From contig NC_092673.1 in assembly GCF_964355755.1 (NCBI RefSeq), forward strand, positions 12,806,948-12,870,947: a stretch of 64,000 bases of DNA, given 5' to 3'. Under the pieces are notes generated by a model. The model had not been told where the DNA came from. It saw only the letters and a list, made by a program, of their open reading frames with translations, and ran no database searches. Below, in pieces: positions 1 to 13,460 of this stretch. The position numbers and the translations under genes are program-made. Numbering within the stretch: position 1 is the first letter of the stretch; the number at the start of each line of letters is the position of its first letter. The DNA comes from Antedon mediterranea (taxonomy: Eukaryota > Animalia > Echinodermata).

Positions 1-250
1 CAACATAGACTCTGTTTGTCTAGTAACAACTACCAAAGTTCCTCCAGCAGCAGAGAGAAAAGCATGGGAGGTTTCTACAACAGATGTCGATACTTCCGAT
101 GTTTGATACTTCCGATGATGACATATCAGCAGGTCAGTAGCAATAACATTAACCATGAGCTTTTGCTAACCTTTCTTAGTAGGGCTCCTACCAACTTTAT
201 ACAAAACTTCATCTAGGCTTGGATAGGGAATTACCTTTTAAGCAGCCAGC

Positions 251-286
<36 letters not shown>

Positions 287-3200
287 GCCAGTAGATATTA
301 GTATCCTCTATAGAGGCTAGTTTATTTATTTAGATTTACTTCCCTACTACACCTTTAAATCATTAGCATACTTAATAATTACAAAGGTGCATTCTTCAGA
401 AATAACAAAATACAACAAAAACCTCATTATTAATAACGATGAGAATAATGGTGAAAAAAAAAGGATAAATGGTAATAACCTCCCATAAAGCCTATAGCTC
501 CTGGATCAAAATATTATCTTCCACTATCCAAAATTTGAAAATGTCTGCTATCAATCACCAGTTACCCCAAATGAAGAATTACTGTACATGTATGTTGCAT
601 AGGCTGCTATAAATATTAAACTACTATATTTTTATTTAGCCTGCAAGAGAAATACAGGAGGCCTAGAGACTGTAGAAACTAATTACCTTAATTCATCTGG
701 ATCAAGTGATGATGAGATTAAAATCTCTAATCACACAAGTAAGCGTAGTGGTAAGTTTGATATGTCATTAATTTTTAAAACTACTTTTATTAAATAGTAC
801 TTGATGTTGATGGTTGTGCTGTACCTAAAAGATATGGACATTGCTGGTTGTTTCCATTTGTGTCTGATTCTATGGTCAGGTTCTAATGTTATGTCTGTAT
901 GGTATGTAAATAGGTACGACTGTCTAATGAACAAGGCACCTGCACAACCTGTAATTGAACACTCGAAAATTGAAATTGAATTATCTGAACCGAAAAAAAA
1001 ATTGTTTGTCAAAGAATTAAAAGTATCTATATATTAATGCGAATTAGTCACCTAGTTTTACGTAACCTCCAAAACTTCTGAAACCGTATTGACTGATCAC
1101 ATTTTCCGCAATTGGTACCATATAATTGTTATTTTGTTTGTTTGTTTTTTTTGCCAATGGATAATGTAAGTTTATTCTTTCTGTAGAAAAAAGGAAAAGG
1201 AATCACCTACAGCCAATACACAACTTGTATTTGACCTGCTGTTGTGCATTAATGTGCATTGGTATGCTAAATTTTAGAGAAATAAAACAAACAAGGGAAG
1301 CTTTTCAAGCAATGACCGAATATGAACAACGCTGTTGGATCCTTAAAATATTTCAATGAACATCTCAGCACATCCGGAGGTGCCACCAAAATCTGTCTAC
1401 TAGTTGGTGCTAACAAAGTTTGTGCAAAAGCATGGATGTTAGTAAATGGTATTGGCCGGTCAACTTTTTACAAAATAAGGAAGCAAGCTATTGGTAATTA
1501 ATTGTTTAGTTTTACAGTACATTTTACATTATTTAATTTTACATGCTGTTAATATTACTTTTAATGTATGTGTTTAAATGTTGCTGAAACGGAAAGATTA
1601 CTGTGACTGTGTGAAGATTACTTTCCATTATACTTATAGTCGTATTATACAGGGACATAGGCAGGATCTGACGAGGAGTGGAGAATAACTTTTTTTTAAA
1701 TGAATAGAATGCATTTGATTATTGTTTAATTATTTTTACACAATAAAATTAATATGCTTAACACTATGTTAGAAAGATAATGCAAAATGATCATAAGTCA
1801 TTAATCAATGGATTAAACCAAACAATAATAAAATAGTACAGTATTTGAAATTCCTAATATTTGAAGTTTACATTTTATTTCTTTTTAGAAGGATGCTGTT
1901 ATCTTTTACCACCCAACTTCACCAGAAAGATGGTATATAGCAATTCAACTCAACAGTGTCGGGCTTGGTTTATTAAATTTTGTAATGAATACGGTGATCA
2001 AATGCCAACTAATGGACAAATCCATCTACCATCAACGCTTACCAAACATGATGTGTACATGCATATGAAAGATGAGTTTGAGCTAAGAAATGAAGATGTG
2101 TGTGCATTAGCGACATTCTACAAGTTTTGGTGTGTTGAATTCAAGCATATTGTAATACCTGAGGTATGTTTACGTTTTTACACTTATTATGGTTTGTACC
2201 AATGGACAAAATCCATGTCATCTTCATTGACTGAAGTATTTTTTAACGTATTTTCAATGTTATGCAGAAAGTCCTGTAGGTTCAATTTTCATTCATAATA
2301 AAATACTGGAAAAACATACTGTACAATCCAGATGCATGTATGATGGGCCTCACAACTCCTTCCCTACATTCACTATATTGAATGCAAAATTTGTTTAATT
2401 TTATATTTTTACGTGCTGTATTTTTTCAATTTTATTTAATAGGAAAATCGTTTTGCAAAATGCAGCAAATGCACCAGAATTAAATTTGAGCTGCACAAGA
2501 CAAATCAAAAGCAAAAACGGCAAATACTAATGATGAAGAGAGAGAAGCATTTACGAAAACAAAAGTAAGTATGCCTACCTATTTTGTGTACAAAACCAGT
2601 AGTTTAAACCTTTCAACAAGAAATTCTGTTGAACTTGTATACCCGGTATTACCATAGATAGGAAAAATAATTATTGCTTCCACTGTATACCTCCTCTATA
2701 GTATTATTAGTGTTTTTAAAAATAATTCTAACTTAATAAAATTAAGAGTGATTGAAATAAAACAGAAAATAACGGGGAAAAATGGTAGAAAATGAAAATA
2801 ATTATTGTGTATGAACAATGAATGAATAAAAGTGGTTGTAAACAAAAAAAGAGAAAAGATAAACAAAATCATTATTATACAAAAAACCTCTACATTTAAT
2901 CAATAATTTTAATAGATTAGAAGTAAAGCATTGTCTCATCTTGTCTTCGGCTAATAGATAACATATAACTAAACAAAACAAAAATTTATTATTAAATGCA
3001 AAATAAAACTATAAACATATGATTTTAATTTTTCAGTATTGAACGTCGAAAGTACTATAAACATATGCAGAAAGCAAGACAGAATCCCAACAAGTATTTG
3101 TCAATAATTATCGATGGAATGGACCAAAGCAAGACTGATTTACCATCTTTTGCTTGCGAATCAAAAGAAACGTCGAAGATGTGGAAACTAGCCACACATG

Positions 3201-3655
3201 TAACTGGTGTTCTGGTACATGGGCGACATGGGCACTGCTTCATTGACCTAAAGCAGTTTCCACATGACTCAAACCTAACCTGCAACATTATACTGACGGT
3301 GCTGTCAGAGATACAACCTCTACCACCAGTCTTATATCTGCAGTTGGACAATAGCGGAAAGGATAAAAATAAAAACAGATTTGTTTTTGCCCTATGTGCT
3401 CTTCTTGTAGAGTTAAAGATTTTTCGAAAGGTAAATGACTATACATTTATAAATGATATATAAATAATAAAACAGTATACACAGTGCACTTTAAAGAACC
3501 CAGTTCATCATTCATTTACCCTGTTCTCGTTCACCACAAAATATCCCCTGTGTTGGGTGATTTCCACCAGCCTAATAGGACATTAATTAATTTACTATTG
3601 GTAATTATCTATTAAGACATAAAATATTCAATAACATTCTAGTCTAAATAGATGA

Positions 3656-4915
3656 GGCCAAAAAAAAAAAATAGTTTGTTTGCTGTCATCCGCCGCCCCT
3701 AATTTCGCCAAAAATTTGGGGCGGAAATAAGAAAAAGTTTTTTTTTTACGTTGAGGGCGCTTTAAAAAAAAAATTTTTTTTTATAATTTTTTTTGGCCGA
3801 AAAGGTGTAAAAATCGAGTGTGCGAGGATGAAACAATAAAAATAATAACGTAGCGTATATTTCGGTGTATAATCGCACTTTTGACACGCAAATTTAACCT
3901 CTAAATTAAGGGTGCGTCTTATACACCGAACATAAATGCCTCAACACACAGATATCGCCACCTCGTTGGCTAGGCCTGGGCTTTTTAAGGTAAGGCCTAT
4001 TAGTATTACTAAAGTCTAAAGAGTAGGCCTAGCCTAGCTACAGTGTACTAGCGTAACAGCAACCTGCTAGTTTTCAAGGCATTTTAGCGTGATTTTGTAC
4101 TAAATATGATGAAAAGATTTAGGCGCTCCGATAAAATTTCATTTGAAAACGACGTTTACGATTGGAATAGTATTATATAGTTATACGCACGACCGTCGTA
4201 CCCCCAGCGCGAGCGAGCCCTTCTTGGCAACCACATTGTTTACACAGTATTCGACTAGTATATTCTCCAGTTGATTATAGCATAGACCTAGCGTACACAC
4301 TTCAGGATACATAGATACTAATCGAATACGATTGTCCGTGAAAACGTGCGCCTCTCGATAAAAGGATCGAGCGAGGCTAGCCCACACACACGTGTGGTCA
4401 TGCACTCGATATTGCGGGTGCGAAACTCATTCATAACAAGTTAGAAAGAACTAACGGAATGGGGGACTTCCCTTCTTGTTGAGGCTACTGGGCGCGGCCG
4501 TCTTATACATCGACGATATACAAAATACCGATATTTTACTCTCAGTTAGGGGTCGGGTGCGTCTTATTATACACAGGTGCGACTTATACACCGAAATATA
4601 CGGTACACTAACTTCTAAAAATTAAAATATTTAATTAGGCCTGCTAACAACGACCTACTGTGTAGTAGTAGGCCTAGCCTAGGCTAGTTTAGACACGGGG
4701 CCTAACGCGCCCAAAACAGAATTAAAGTGTGAAACAAATTATGAATAGATGTTTGAGCTCGTTGTTTTATTCAGTGTGTTTTGTTACTCTCAAATTCGCG
4801 AGCAATTAACAGAAAAATTAACATTAAAAAAAAAAAAAAAAAAAAATTTTTCCACCCGCCCCCCTACCAAAATAAAAAAACTTGACAGCAAACAAACAAT
4901 TTTTTTTTTTAGGCC
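3656..4915. mobile_element. Non-autonomous TIR element (GGCC ends, Zator/Harbinger-type 3-bp TSD) inside an intron
   Basis: GGCC-A(n)-TAGTTTGTTTGCTGTCA at the left pairs with TGACAGCAAACAAACAA-T(n)-AGGCC at the right. TGA lies on both flanks (3653-3655, 4916-4918). Confidence 0.8.
3853..4603. mobile_element. pogo/Tigger-type MITE nested in the previous element
   Basis: TIR (G/C)CGTATATTTCGGTGTATAA.TCGCAC at both ends with TA flanks. Confidence 0.85.
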
Positions 4916-6700
4916 TGAGGAAAAAATGGAAATATACTAAAAATGTATTTTTTTTATTTTGCTTTGAAAAGTTTTAATTTTAAATCATTACTTCTTTTAC
5001 TCTTTCAGATAAAGATTGGGTTTTTAATGGTGGGTCACACTCACGAGGATATTGACCAATTATTTTCATGTGTGGCCAAATACCTGAACAAATATAGAGC
5101 ATCTACACTTGATCATCTTCGAAGTGCTGTTGAAAACTCGTACAAAAAGTTGCCGATTACATCAAGTATCATTTCCTATCTGCATGACATTAAGAACTGG
5201 TTAGTACCATACATGCAAGACATACGTTACCACAGCAAACCACACCAGTTTAAGTTTGTTTTGGCTCAAACCGGAAAATGCATCATGTCCTATAAGAACT
5301 GGTCAACGGATTGTACTTGGTGTGAATGTGCAAGAGAAATGGACACACTTCCATATTTGCTCAAGGAAAGCCCTGCTGATATACCAGTGTTGTGTACTCC
5401 TGATTTTAGTAATGCAGATATACCAAAGTTAAAAAAAAGTCTGGCGTCTGTTGCAAATTTTTTGCGAATAGAAGAACGTGACTGGTGGGAGGAATTTTTA
5501 AATAATATAGAAGAGATCACAGAAGGTATGTACTGTACTACATTGCATGTGTGATGTTTCACCATTTTACACATATATTTTTTGGTTTACAAGAGAATTT
5601 TGATTTTAGTATAGATTCAGCAGCTATACCAAAATTCAACTCTTTACTCCACACAACTATGTTGGGTCACATTCACCAATGCATGCTTCCACTGATAATT
5701 TTATGTGAGAACCTAAAATTATCAAATAACATGAACGATATCTAGTGGAGTACACTGGAGAAACATGCCTCCTGATTAATTCATAAGATAAAATCAATCA
5801 ATCAGCATCTGATTAGCATGGTGCGCAATGTATTGGCCCAGCTTTTATGCAACAAACACCTCAGCATAAATATATCATGATATTTTGTATGAATGTATAT
5901 TATTTACTTTTTAAAACTAATGCGTACTCTTTTTTTTTAGGAAATGAACAGCGATTTTTGCTCCATGACATCATTTTTAATGACAACAATGCAAGCCCTA
6001 TGAGGGAGGAATCTGATGGAAACGAGACAGACATTAGTGACTCGGATAATGAAAATGAAATAAGACCGGTATGATAAAGATATTATAGATTTTCAAAATT
6101 ACATCTTTGAAACATGTAATGCAACATAGTTTAAAGCAGTGCTTATATTTGGGATATGATCTCATAATCGCATCAAGCAAATGCATCAACGAAAATTCTA
6201 TATTTTTAGGGTTGTAAGAAAAATGATTATGACTTTTCTATGCTTTCTCCCACACTACTAGGTACACATTGGTAAATTTTCGAAGCGTAAGCCACCACAG
6301 CAACTCGATGTTGGTGCTATGGTAGCAACAGCTTTAAGGAGATATCCCACAGAATGGCCTCGGATAGGCAAAATATTCAGCATAAATAACAATGAGGTAG
6401 AAGTAGTGTGGTACACTGGAACGTATACTTCCCGGTTTGTTCTGTGTGAAAAAGATGGACAAGAATGGCGAGAAATAATATCGAAGGAGGAGGTGATAAG
6501 TATATTTAATTTAACACCAACTAGTAGATTGCCTACCAATGTTATTGTTAAATTAAAAGAATTAAGAGATGACTTTTTAAATGAAAGTTAATGCAGGGAG
6601 TTTTACAACTCACTGGTTGTCACAATAGGGTGCACATTAATGGAATTTTACATGTATAATGAATCTAAAAAAAATATTTAATTTTCAACCAATTTCATAA

Positions 6701-7309
6701 TTGTATATAACAGTAGCTCAACCATATACTGTAGTCAAGTTTATGACCATGTAGTTTATATAACAATAGCTCAACCATATACTGTAGTCATAAAGTTTAT
6801 GACCATCTAGTTTGTATAACAGTAGCTCAACAATATACTGTAGTCATAAAGTTTATGACCATGTAGTTTATATAACAATAGCTCAACCATATACTGTAGT
6901 CATAAAGTTTATGACCATGTAGTTTATATAACAATAGCTCAACCATATACTGTAGTCATAATGTTTATGACCATGTAGTTTGTATAACAATAGCTCAATC
7001 ATATACTGTAGTCATAAAGTTTATGACCATGTAGTTTATATAACAATAGCTCAACCATATACTGTAGTCATAAAGTTTATGACCATGTAGTTTATATAAC
7101 AATAGCTCAACCATATACTGTAGTCATAATGTTTATGACCATGTAGTTTATATAACAATAGCTCAACCATATACTGTAGTCATAAAGTTTATGACCGTGT
7201 AGTTTTTATAACAGTAGCTCAACCATATACTGTAGTCAAGTTTATGACCATGTAGTTTTTATAACAATAGCTCAACCATACTGTAGTCATAATGTTTATG
7301 ACCATGTAG
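6701..7309. repeat. 56-bp minisatellite, about 11 copies
   Basis: Unit TATAACAATAGCTCAACCATATACTGTAGTCATAAAGTTTATGACCATGTAGTTTA, with starts 56 bp apart (e.g. 6871, 6927). Confidence 0.95.
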
Positions 7310-7789
7310 ATGAACTTTATAGTAAAGTTGTATTAAAACAATGAATGATTAAAAATTAAAAATATTCTGCAGTTATTAAAATTTGTTTTCTTTGCTTTGT
7401 GTGTACTTCGCGAAAAAAATGGACATTATAAAGATTTTTTTGGCCCATACCATTTATTTTTTTATTAAAAAAAGCAGTTTCTGCACATTAAACCTAGTTT
7501 AAATAAGAAGCTCATAATCCGAACAAAACTCATTGTGTAATGTCTATTGTTGTTTTGGAAAACGGACAGTATATTTTAACCTAAAAAAGCTAGTATGTTT
7601 TTTTCTATAATTATAAAAATGATAGCGAATTATAAATTTATAGAATAAACAAGGATTTGCATATTGTCGATGTTTCTCAATAATTAAACAAATCTTACAA
7701 CCACATCTGTTTTTTCAAATAATATTTTTAATTCTAATGATAGCTTTTTTTTAGGAAAATTCTATAAATAATGCGGATTGTAGAAATCC

Positions 7790-7823
7790 GTTATGGCACA
7801 AAATCGTGTTCTAGGTGGAGTGC
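7790..7823. mobile_element. Candidate right terminus of the Sola-like element
   Basis: ...GGCACAAAATCGTGTTCTAGGTGGAGTGC is followed by ATTT, matching the AWWT TSD type. The left terminus is not in the window, so it cannot be paired. Confidence 0.35.
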
Positions 7824-8414
7824 ATTTGACGACTATTTATTAAAAAAAACTAACCTGAATATAATGTAAAGACCTAAAAATATGATATCTATGACTATTA
7901 ACCTATTAAAAACATCGTAGCCATCATGATTGATGAAGGCACAGACAATGTAAAGTGGCCTAATATCCACATAATATCATCCACATAGAGGCAATTTTGT
8001 GATAAATAAAAATTGCCTGCAAGTATATTGTATTAATATTAATATTATTTTGTGATATGATTATGCTAGTATGTATGCTAGACTTTTATAGAAATAGTAA
8101 ATAATATTTCCTACTTAAATTATGTTTTTATACTATATTTTTAAAGACACCCCTACAAAAATTGAATTGTCCAATTTTAAGTGCTTGTATGACGTGATTT
8201 TTAAGTCTAAATTTTTTTTAAGTTGGTAAAATTAATAGAAAAGGCTGGAAAAACATAATTCATGTGGGGAAAGATGTTTTAGCGCTAAATGCGCACCGTG
8301 CGGGTAAAAAATTGCTAAAGCTGAAAAATATGTACAAAGTGATTGGTAATTGGTAATTTGGTAATCAAAAAGGTTATTACAAAATATTAAAAGGAAAAAT
8401 GCCTTCATTTCTCA

Positions 8415-9700
8415 TTGAAAATCACAAGCAAAGAAATGGAAGCAAACTGCGGAACATTAACGGAGCTCTTATGTGTTGATGTACAATTAAATCAACTGAA
8501 GAAGTTAAGTACTCTAAACCGGGTCAGAAAAAAAAGTCCCTCAGATAAACATCGCTGTGCTAACTCAACAACTGAAATAATCCTTAGCGACAGTCAATGA
8601 TCAAAAGAAAACAATATCAGTTTTAGAAAACGACAATTGCGAATTACAAGATCAAGAAACAACTGTTATTTCAACCAGAAAGGGATCTAAAATAAATTAT
8701 GTCATAAAAGAAGCGTCCATGTATTTACAGGATCTAGGGGTAGCAGAGGGTAGGCATGGTCCTGCCATACAATGAATTGTAAAAACGGTAACACCCTGTC
8801 AACTAGAAGGTGCATTGCCCTCAAAAACACACAACAAAGAAATAACTCTGAAATATGATGGGACAACGAAGACGGGACGTCATCTTGTGGAGGTGCAATT
8901 AGTAATGAATGAGAACACTTACACACTGTGGATCGAAGGAACAGCAGGGGGGACTGACATTGTATTAATGATATGGTAAAAGAAGTAAATGTAGATTTGT
9001 AATGAACAATTGCAGTTGACAGACAATTTGAAGAACTGGCGGGACATAATATCAATTCATTTCAATGTGCCCCTTGACACCATACATAGACAAACAGAAA
9101 AAAAAATTAAGGAAAACGAACTGACACTGAACATACAGTAGATACTGATAAAGAAAAAATGCCTTACACAAACAGCTCAACTGAAAGATCATCTTTCTGA
9201 AGGCAAGTATTATCAGCAATCTGAAGCCCTGCGCACTGAAGCATGTTCGTGTTGAAGCGATAACATATCTGAGGAAAGAGTATTTGCAGTATGGGATGTC
9301 AGAAAGCAATTGTCTCGTACAGCATCTACAGCCAAGTATCTGCCAAGACCATGTTCAAACTGAATAAGGTACATCAAGGGCAGAACTATTTAGGGACAAA
9401 ATTATTTAGGACTAAGGATGCAGCGAAAGACCAAAAGAAAGACCGAGAGAAAGAATTATTACTGATGAGTGATGTCCAGAAGAGGCTAGAGAATTCGAGA
9501 AAGGTGATAGGGAGAGAAGATTATAGAATCGATAATTACAAATGGTTTTTATGAAAAGGAAGATGAGGTTCACATGGGAGTTTCAGGCATAATGAAGACG
9601 AGGGCTACTTCCGTATTGAAAGCAAAGATAAAGTTCAGAACATCTATGCTGTGCTGTCCTCCAAGAAAGTTGTTAATCTCAAAAGTACCTGCAGACAATA
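8415..9700 (+). pseudogene. Heavily decayed paralogue of the 53538-56539 transposase
   Basis: ITLKYDGTTKTGRHLVEVQL (about 8842-8905) vs TTIKYDGTTKKRNHFLEVQI; PLDT (about 9070) vs HPLDT; SDNISEERVFAVWD (about 9256-9297) vs NNNISGERIFGLLD. Many stops and deletions. Confidence 0.75.
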
Positions 9701-9955
9701 AAATACTGTGCAACATAATTCAAAATCCCAACTCTATCATAGTCATTTTTTAAGGCACACATCTTTCGCTTAGACCTGTAAAATAAAAAATAAAAACAAT
9801 TAAATTTTTATTATTAAATTTTCATCGACCAAAGTAAAAATAATTTAGATCATATCGTGACCAATGCGACCGATTTCGAACGCGACCGATATATATCGTA
9901 AAATTTGTTTAGTGCAAGCGACAGTGGAGTACAGTAATTACATCGGGCTTCCTCT

Positions 9956-10072
9956 CTGATGGGAGAGTTGCCGATCGATGTACAGTACTGTGACCTGTAC
10001 TACACAGTGGGGCGTTCTGATGGGAGAGTTGCCGATCGATGTACAGTACTGTGACCTGTACTACATAGTGGG
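9956..10072. repeat. Two tandem copies of a ~61-bp unit
   Basis: CTGATGGGAGAGTTGCCGATCGATGTACAGTACTGTGACCTGTACTACA.AGTGGG occurs twice. Confidence 0.9.
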
Positions 10073-10885
10073 TTGTCCCCTGTTTATTATTCCTACACGT
10101 TCTATGTTATTTTGTATTCAAATTTATCAAGAATATATCATTTGTGTAATTTTACGCACTTGTAAAAACTAGCCTATTTTAACGTTTAGGAGCGACTTTG
10201 CGATGGGGCGACCTTGCCCTTGGGCGAATTTGCGATGACCTAATTCAATTACATTATCGCCGTAAATTACTTACTAATTAATATTGTTATATTTACAGAT
10301 TCGGATCTGTCATGTGCACGATTAACCAAAAGTTAACATCTTAATCATTTTCGCATGCAAACCTACAAACAATTACTCAATTTTTATTTGTATGTACCTG
10401 ATGTTCATTTATTTATATAAAGTTAAATTTTAATTACCAATTTCAATTAATCATCACAAATTGTAACTAATAATAGTAACTATACCACACAAGAGTGCTC
10501 AAGGCGCGCTAAAAAAAATTAATTCAATATAGGATATCTGAATTAATAATATGCAATGTCTTTGGATTAAAACCACCCCAATGTTTTTTTGTTAGAACAA
10601 CCGCAATAACAATCATGTTCATGTTTTTAGGGTGAGAAGAGGCAGCTGAGATTGTACAGAAGATAATTAACTTAATTGTCTATAATACTTTCTTAATTTT
10701 AAACTGCAGATACAAATCCTAAACAAATACACACATCCTCCCTCGCGTTCCATGCTTTTTACATTGCTTCAACAAATGTCATATACCTTCTTATGCGCTC
10801 CACGCTTAAATTCGTTGAAATAAACTTCTGTGTTGTATTACAAATATTGCAATTTTTTTTTTAAATATGTAAATTTTGTTACAGA

Positions 10886-11865
10886 TATTGAGTGAGTGTA
10901 TAGGATTGGAAATTTCGCACTACATCCGTCACTACCACCATAACCCTGTAACCTTTTTCGGCAGGCAAATTTAAAGAGGAAACTTACTCAACCAAACCAA
11001 CCAACAGATCTTTCTTTTGAATTGGATGAGGAACACATCCCCCCTGGTTTTGTTGCGCTAAGACATCCAAAGCAAAGGTCGAAAGTTTGGTAAGTAATGA
11101 CAAACGAATCCTTTAATTCAGCTAAAAATTTTTTTCATTACAGGTGGTCTTGTCTCTCTTCTTGGTGTCATTACAGGTACATTGATGGCACTTTCAAGGT
11201 GGTGAAAGATCTGTTTTACTAACTCTTTCGATAAACGCGTTTGTGAAGTCTGGGGCAGTGCAGAAACAGGTCCCCCTGCTCTTTGCCGTTATGTCTGGGT
11301 AGTGGATTGCAACGCGTACTGTAAGGAAGGTAGTTGCAAACTACAAGTCATCTTTGTGGCAATCTCTCAGGACAGTTTTTCCTAGAGTGCACCCAACTGG
11401 TTGCCTTTTTCATTTCACACAAGTAGGTGATACGAAAATTATATTTTAACAAACATTTTTTTTTCAACAGAAAAATCTATTTGCAAGAAAATAACACATA
11501 ATTGCAGGCCGTCCCTGTGATTAAAGAGAAAATTAAATTTGCACCAAATTAACACTTTTCTTGTTATAATTGCAGGTCGTTTAGGATTTTCATTGCCTGT
11601 ATTATTATTTTTTATACAGAAATCTAATTTTCCAGCTTTTTTTTTTATAATTGCAGGTGGTTTTTCGGTCCAAGATTTGGGCTTACAACGCGCATACTGG
11701 ACGGATCCTGGCACTCACATGATTGTTCAACGGCTGATGACACTGCCTGTTGTTCCTGTTGAAAAAGTGTACATGGACAACGAGGATGAGGTGGTTGATG
11801 TTCCTAAACCACGTGAGTTGATTGATTACTCACGAACAACCTGGATCTACGAAACTATGTACTGT
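10886..11865 (+). pseudogene. Mutator/MULE transposase remnant (spliced)
   Basis: YIDGTFKVVKDLFY*LFSINAFVKSGAVQKQVPLLFAVMSG (about 11178-11300), VFPRVHPTGCLFHFTQ (GCxFH motif) and VQDLGLQRAY...RLMTLPVVP. Contains stops. Confidence 0.85.
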
Positions 11866-11920
11866 TTTTTTACTTATTTTCTATGGAAATTCAGAATGTG
11901 GCTGATTTCGGGTTAGTTAA

Positions 11921-12150
11921 AGATGTATTGTCCCCTGAAACACAAACAATTTAAATTTGTCATTTCAAAGTTATTCACTTTAAGTTAAAAATTCGAGCCA
12001 AAAACGTAGTTAACAGGTGAATTAATTTGATTACATTTCGTCTGGAAAATCGTCACTTAGCGAAAGTAAACAAATATTTCAAACCACGAGTATGCATGAT
12101 GCTAATTAGGATTGTTTACAACTCGTCTTGGTTGAGAAGGTGTTTTACAC
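11921..12150. mobile_element. Truncated copy of the TTAA MITE at 27974-28512
   Basis: Starts TTAA|AGATGTATTGTCCC and aligns with the left ~280 bp of the full copy. Confidence 0.85.
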
Positions 12151-12345
12151 ATATTTGTAACTATATTTATTATTAATATTTCATTATACAGATATCCCAT
12201 CCTACACAGGAAGGAAACTGCTATAAAATGTTTAACTAAGTTTATTTTAACAGAGATATGTTTCATCATTTGAGTACGTATAAACTAATAATTCCTATTA
12301 TAATATATTTTTTACATTGTAATTAATGAGGGCTTTTTTTTTAGA

Positions 12346-13460
12346 TGATAATGCAGCACTGCTAAAAAAAAACCAGATGTGCTGATGTTGACGCACCTGC
12401 TACATGTGCTGACACTGATACATCTGCACCAGACGCAACTTCTAGTAGCAGCAATGATGACAGTAGCATACACTATTTCCTTTACGAAGCGATGGGCAAT
12501 CGCCGTAAGTTTTTTTTTATACATGTACTTTTATCTTGTTGTGGAGAAAATACAAATTGACCCCTGCCTACAAAAAACGTACATTTTGATTATTTTGCAT
12601 TTTGTACAAGATGATTGTTCTCCTAAAAAAAAAATGTTAAAATTTTGTTTTTGCATGCCATTTTAATGTCACATAATAGTTATCCACTTTGACCAAAAAT
12701 TTGATAGGAAAACAAATATTTACTTGAAAAAACTGTAATTTAAAGCAAAAAAATAGTCAAATTGGATTGTTATAATAGTAATACTATGACTTATTTGCAA
12801 CGCAGTATTTAAGATTGTTTGTGTCGCCAGTAAAAATTATCTCTTTAACAGGTCAAAATTGCTTGACAAAATCGACCAGCTAACTCAAAAGCAGCAAATT
12901 ATGGAAACAATGCTGGAGAATATATTGAATGCAGTCACCTCACAACCACCACCATCGCTACAACCACCACATATTTCGATATCCCAGCAGAAGGAAGCCA
13001 TGACTCCTCCACAACCAGCTCAGCCCTCGCCACCCCAGCTAACGGAAGTCGTCGCCCTCCCACCAAATCAACAACAGCCACCGCAACACCAATCTACAAC
13101 CAGATCGCTGTTAGCAATTGTAGCACAACCACGACTACAACCCGGGCCAACAGGAATGGTGCTGGTTGGCGGTACGCATCCAGTTTCAAATGAAGATTAT
13201 CATCGCGCAGTATCAGGTACATCAAACGCGAAATCATTTACCCGGCATTTGACTACTGTTCAGAGCACAGGAGAATCTAATCTAACTGGGTCAAAGGTAA
13301 AAATCAATGGAAATACCATCATTCGTAAACACTGTCACCTGATCGCATGACCGCAATGTTCCGCCAAGTTGAACTACAACACCCTGGCTCAATTTCAACT
13401 CAACAAAAAGCCATTAGAGAAGCGGTAAATGGCAAGTGCCAATCACACCGCTTTAATAAT
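12346..13460 (+). pseudogene. BEN-domain gene remnant (type A), with a coiled coil and Pro/Gln linker
   Basis: Exon-like 12346-12505, then a last exon from about 12852 with GMVLVGG..SNLTGSK..(frameshift)..MFRQVELQHPG..IREAVNGKC, collinear with 32388-32903. Confidence 0.7.

Larger units (their letters stand above)
1167..6591 (+). pseudogene. Spliced Sola-like (DUF7869-type) transposase gene, with frameshifts in the first recognisable exon
   Basis: GT-AG exons at about 1167-1493, 1889-2163, 2443-2564, 3036-3430, 5009-5525, 5941-6068 and 6262-6591 join to give Cys-rich VCAKAW...GI..STFY, FAKCSKC, IIIDGMDQSK, LYLQLDNSGK.NKN and FLMVGHTHEDIDQLFS, plus a C-terminal SH3/Tudor-like segment (WPRIGKI...VVWYTG). 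Upstream exons may exist. Confidence 0.8.

Noticed and set aside
6596-6613. Hairpin GAGTT-TTAC-AACTC just after the Sola-like stop codon
   Set aside because: Does not fit the GGYYYT-TTTH-ARRRCC consensus, and short hairpins like this are expected by chance.
6701-7309. CRISPR array
   Set aside because: Palindromic repeats but no unique spacers, no cas genes, and a eukaryotic spliced context.
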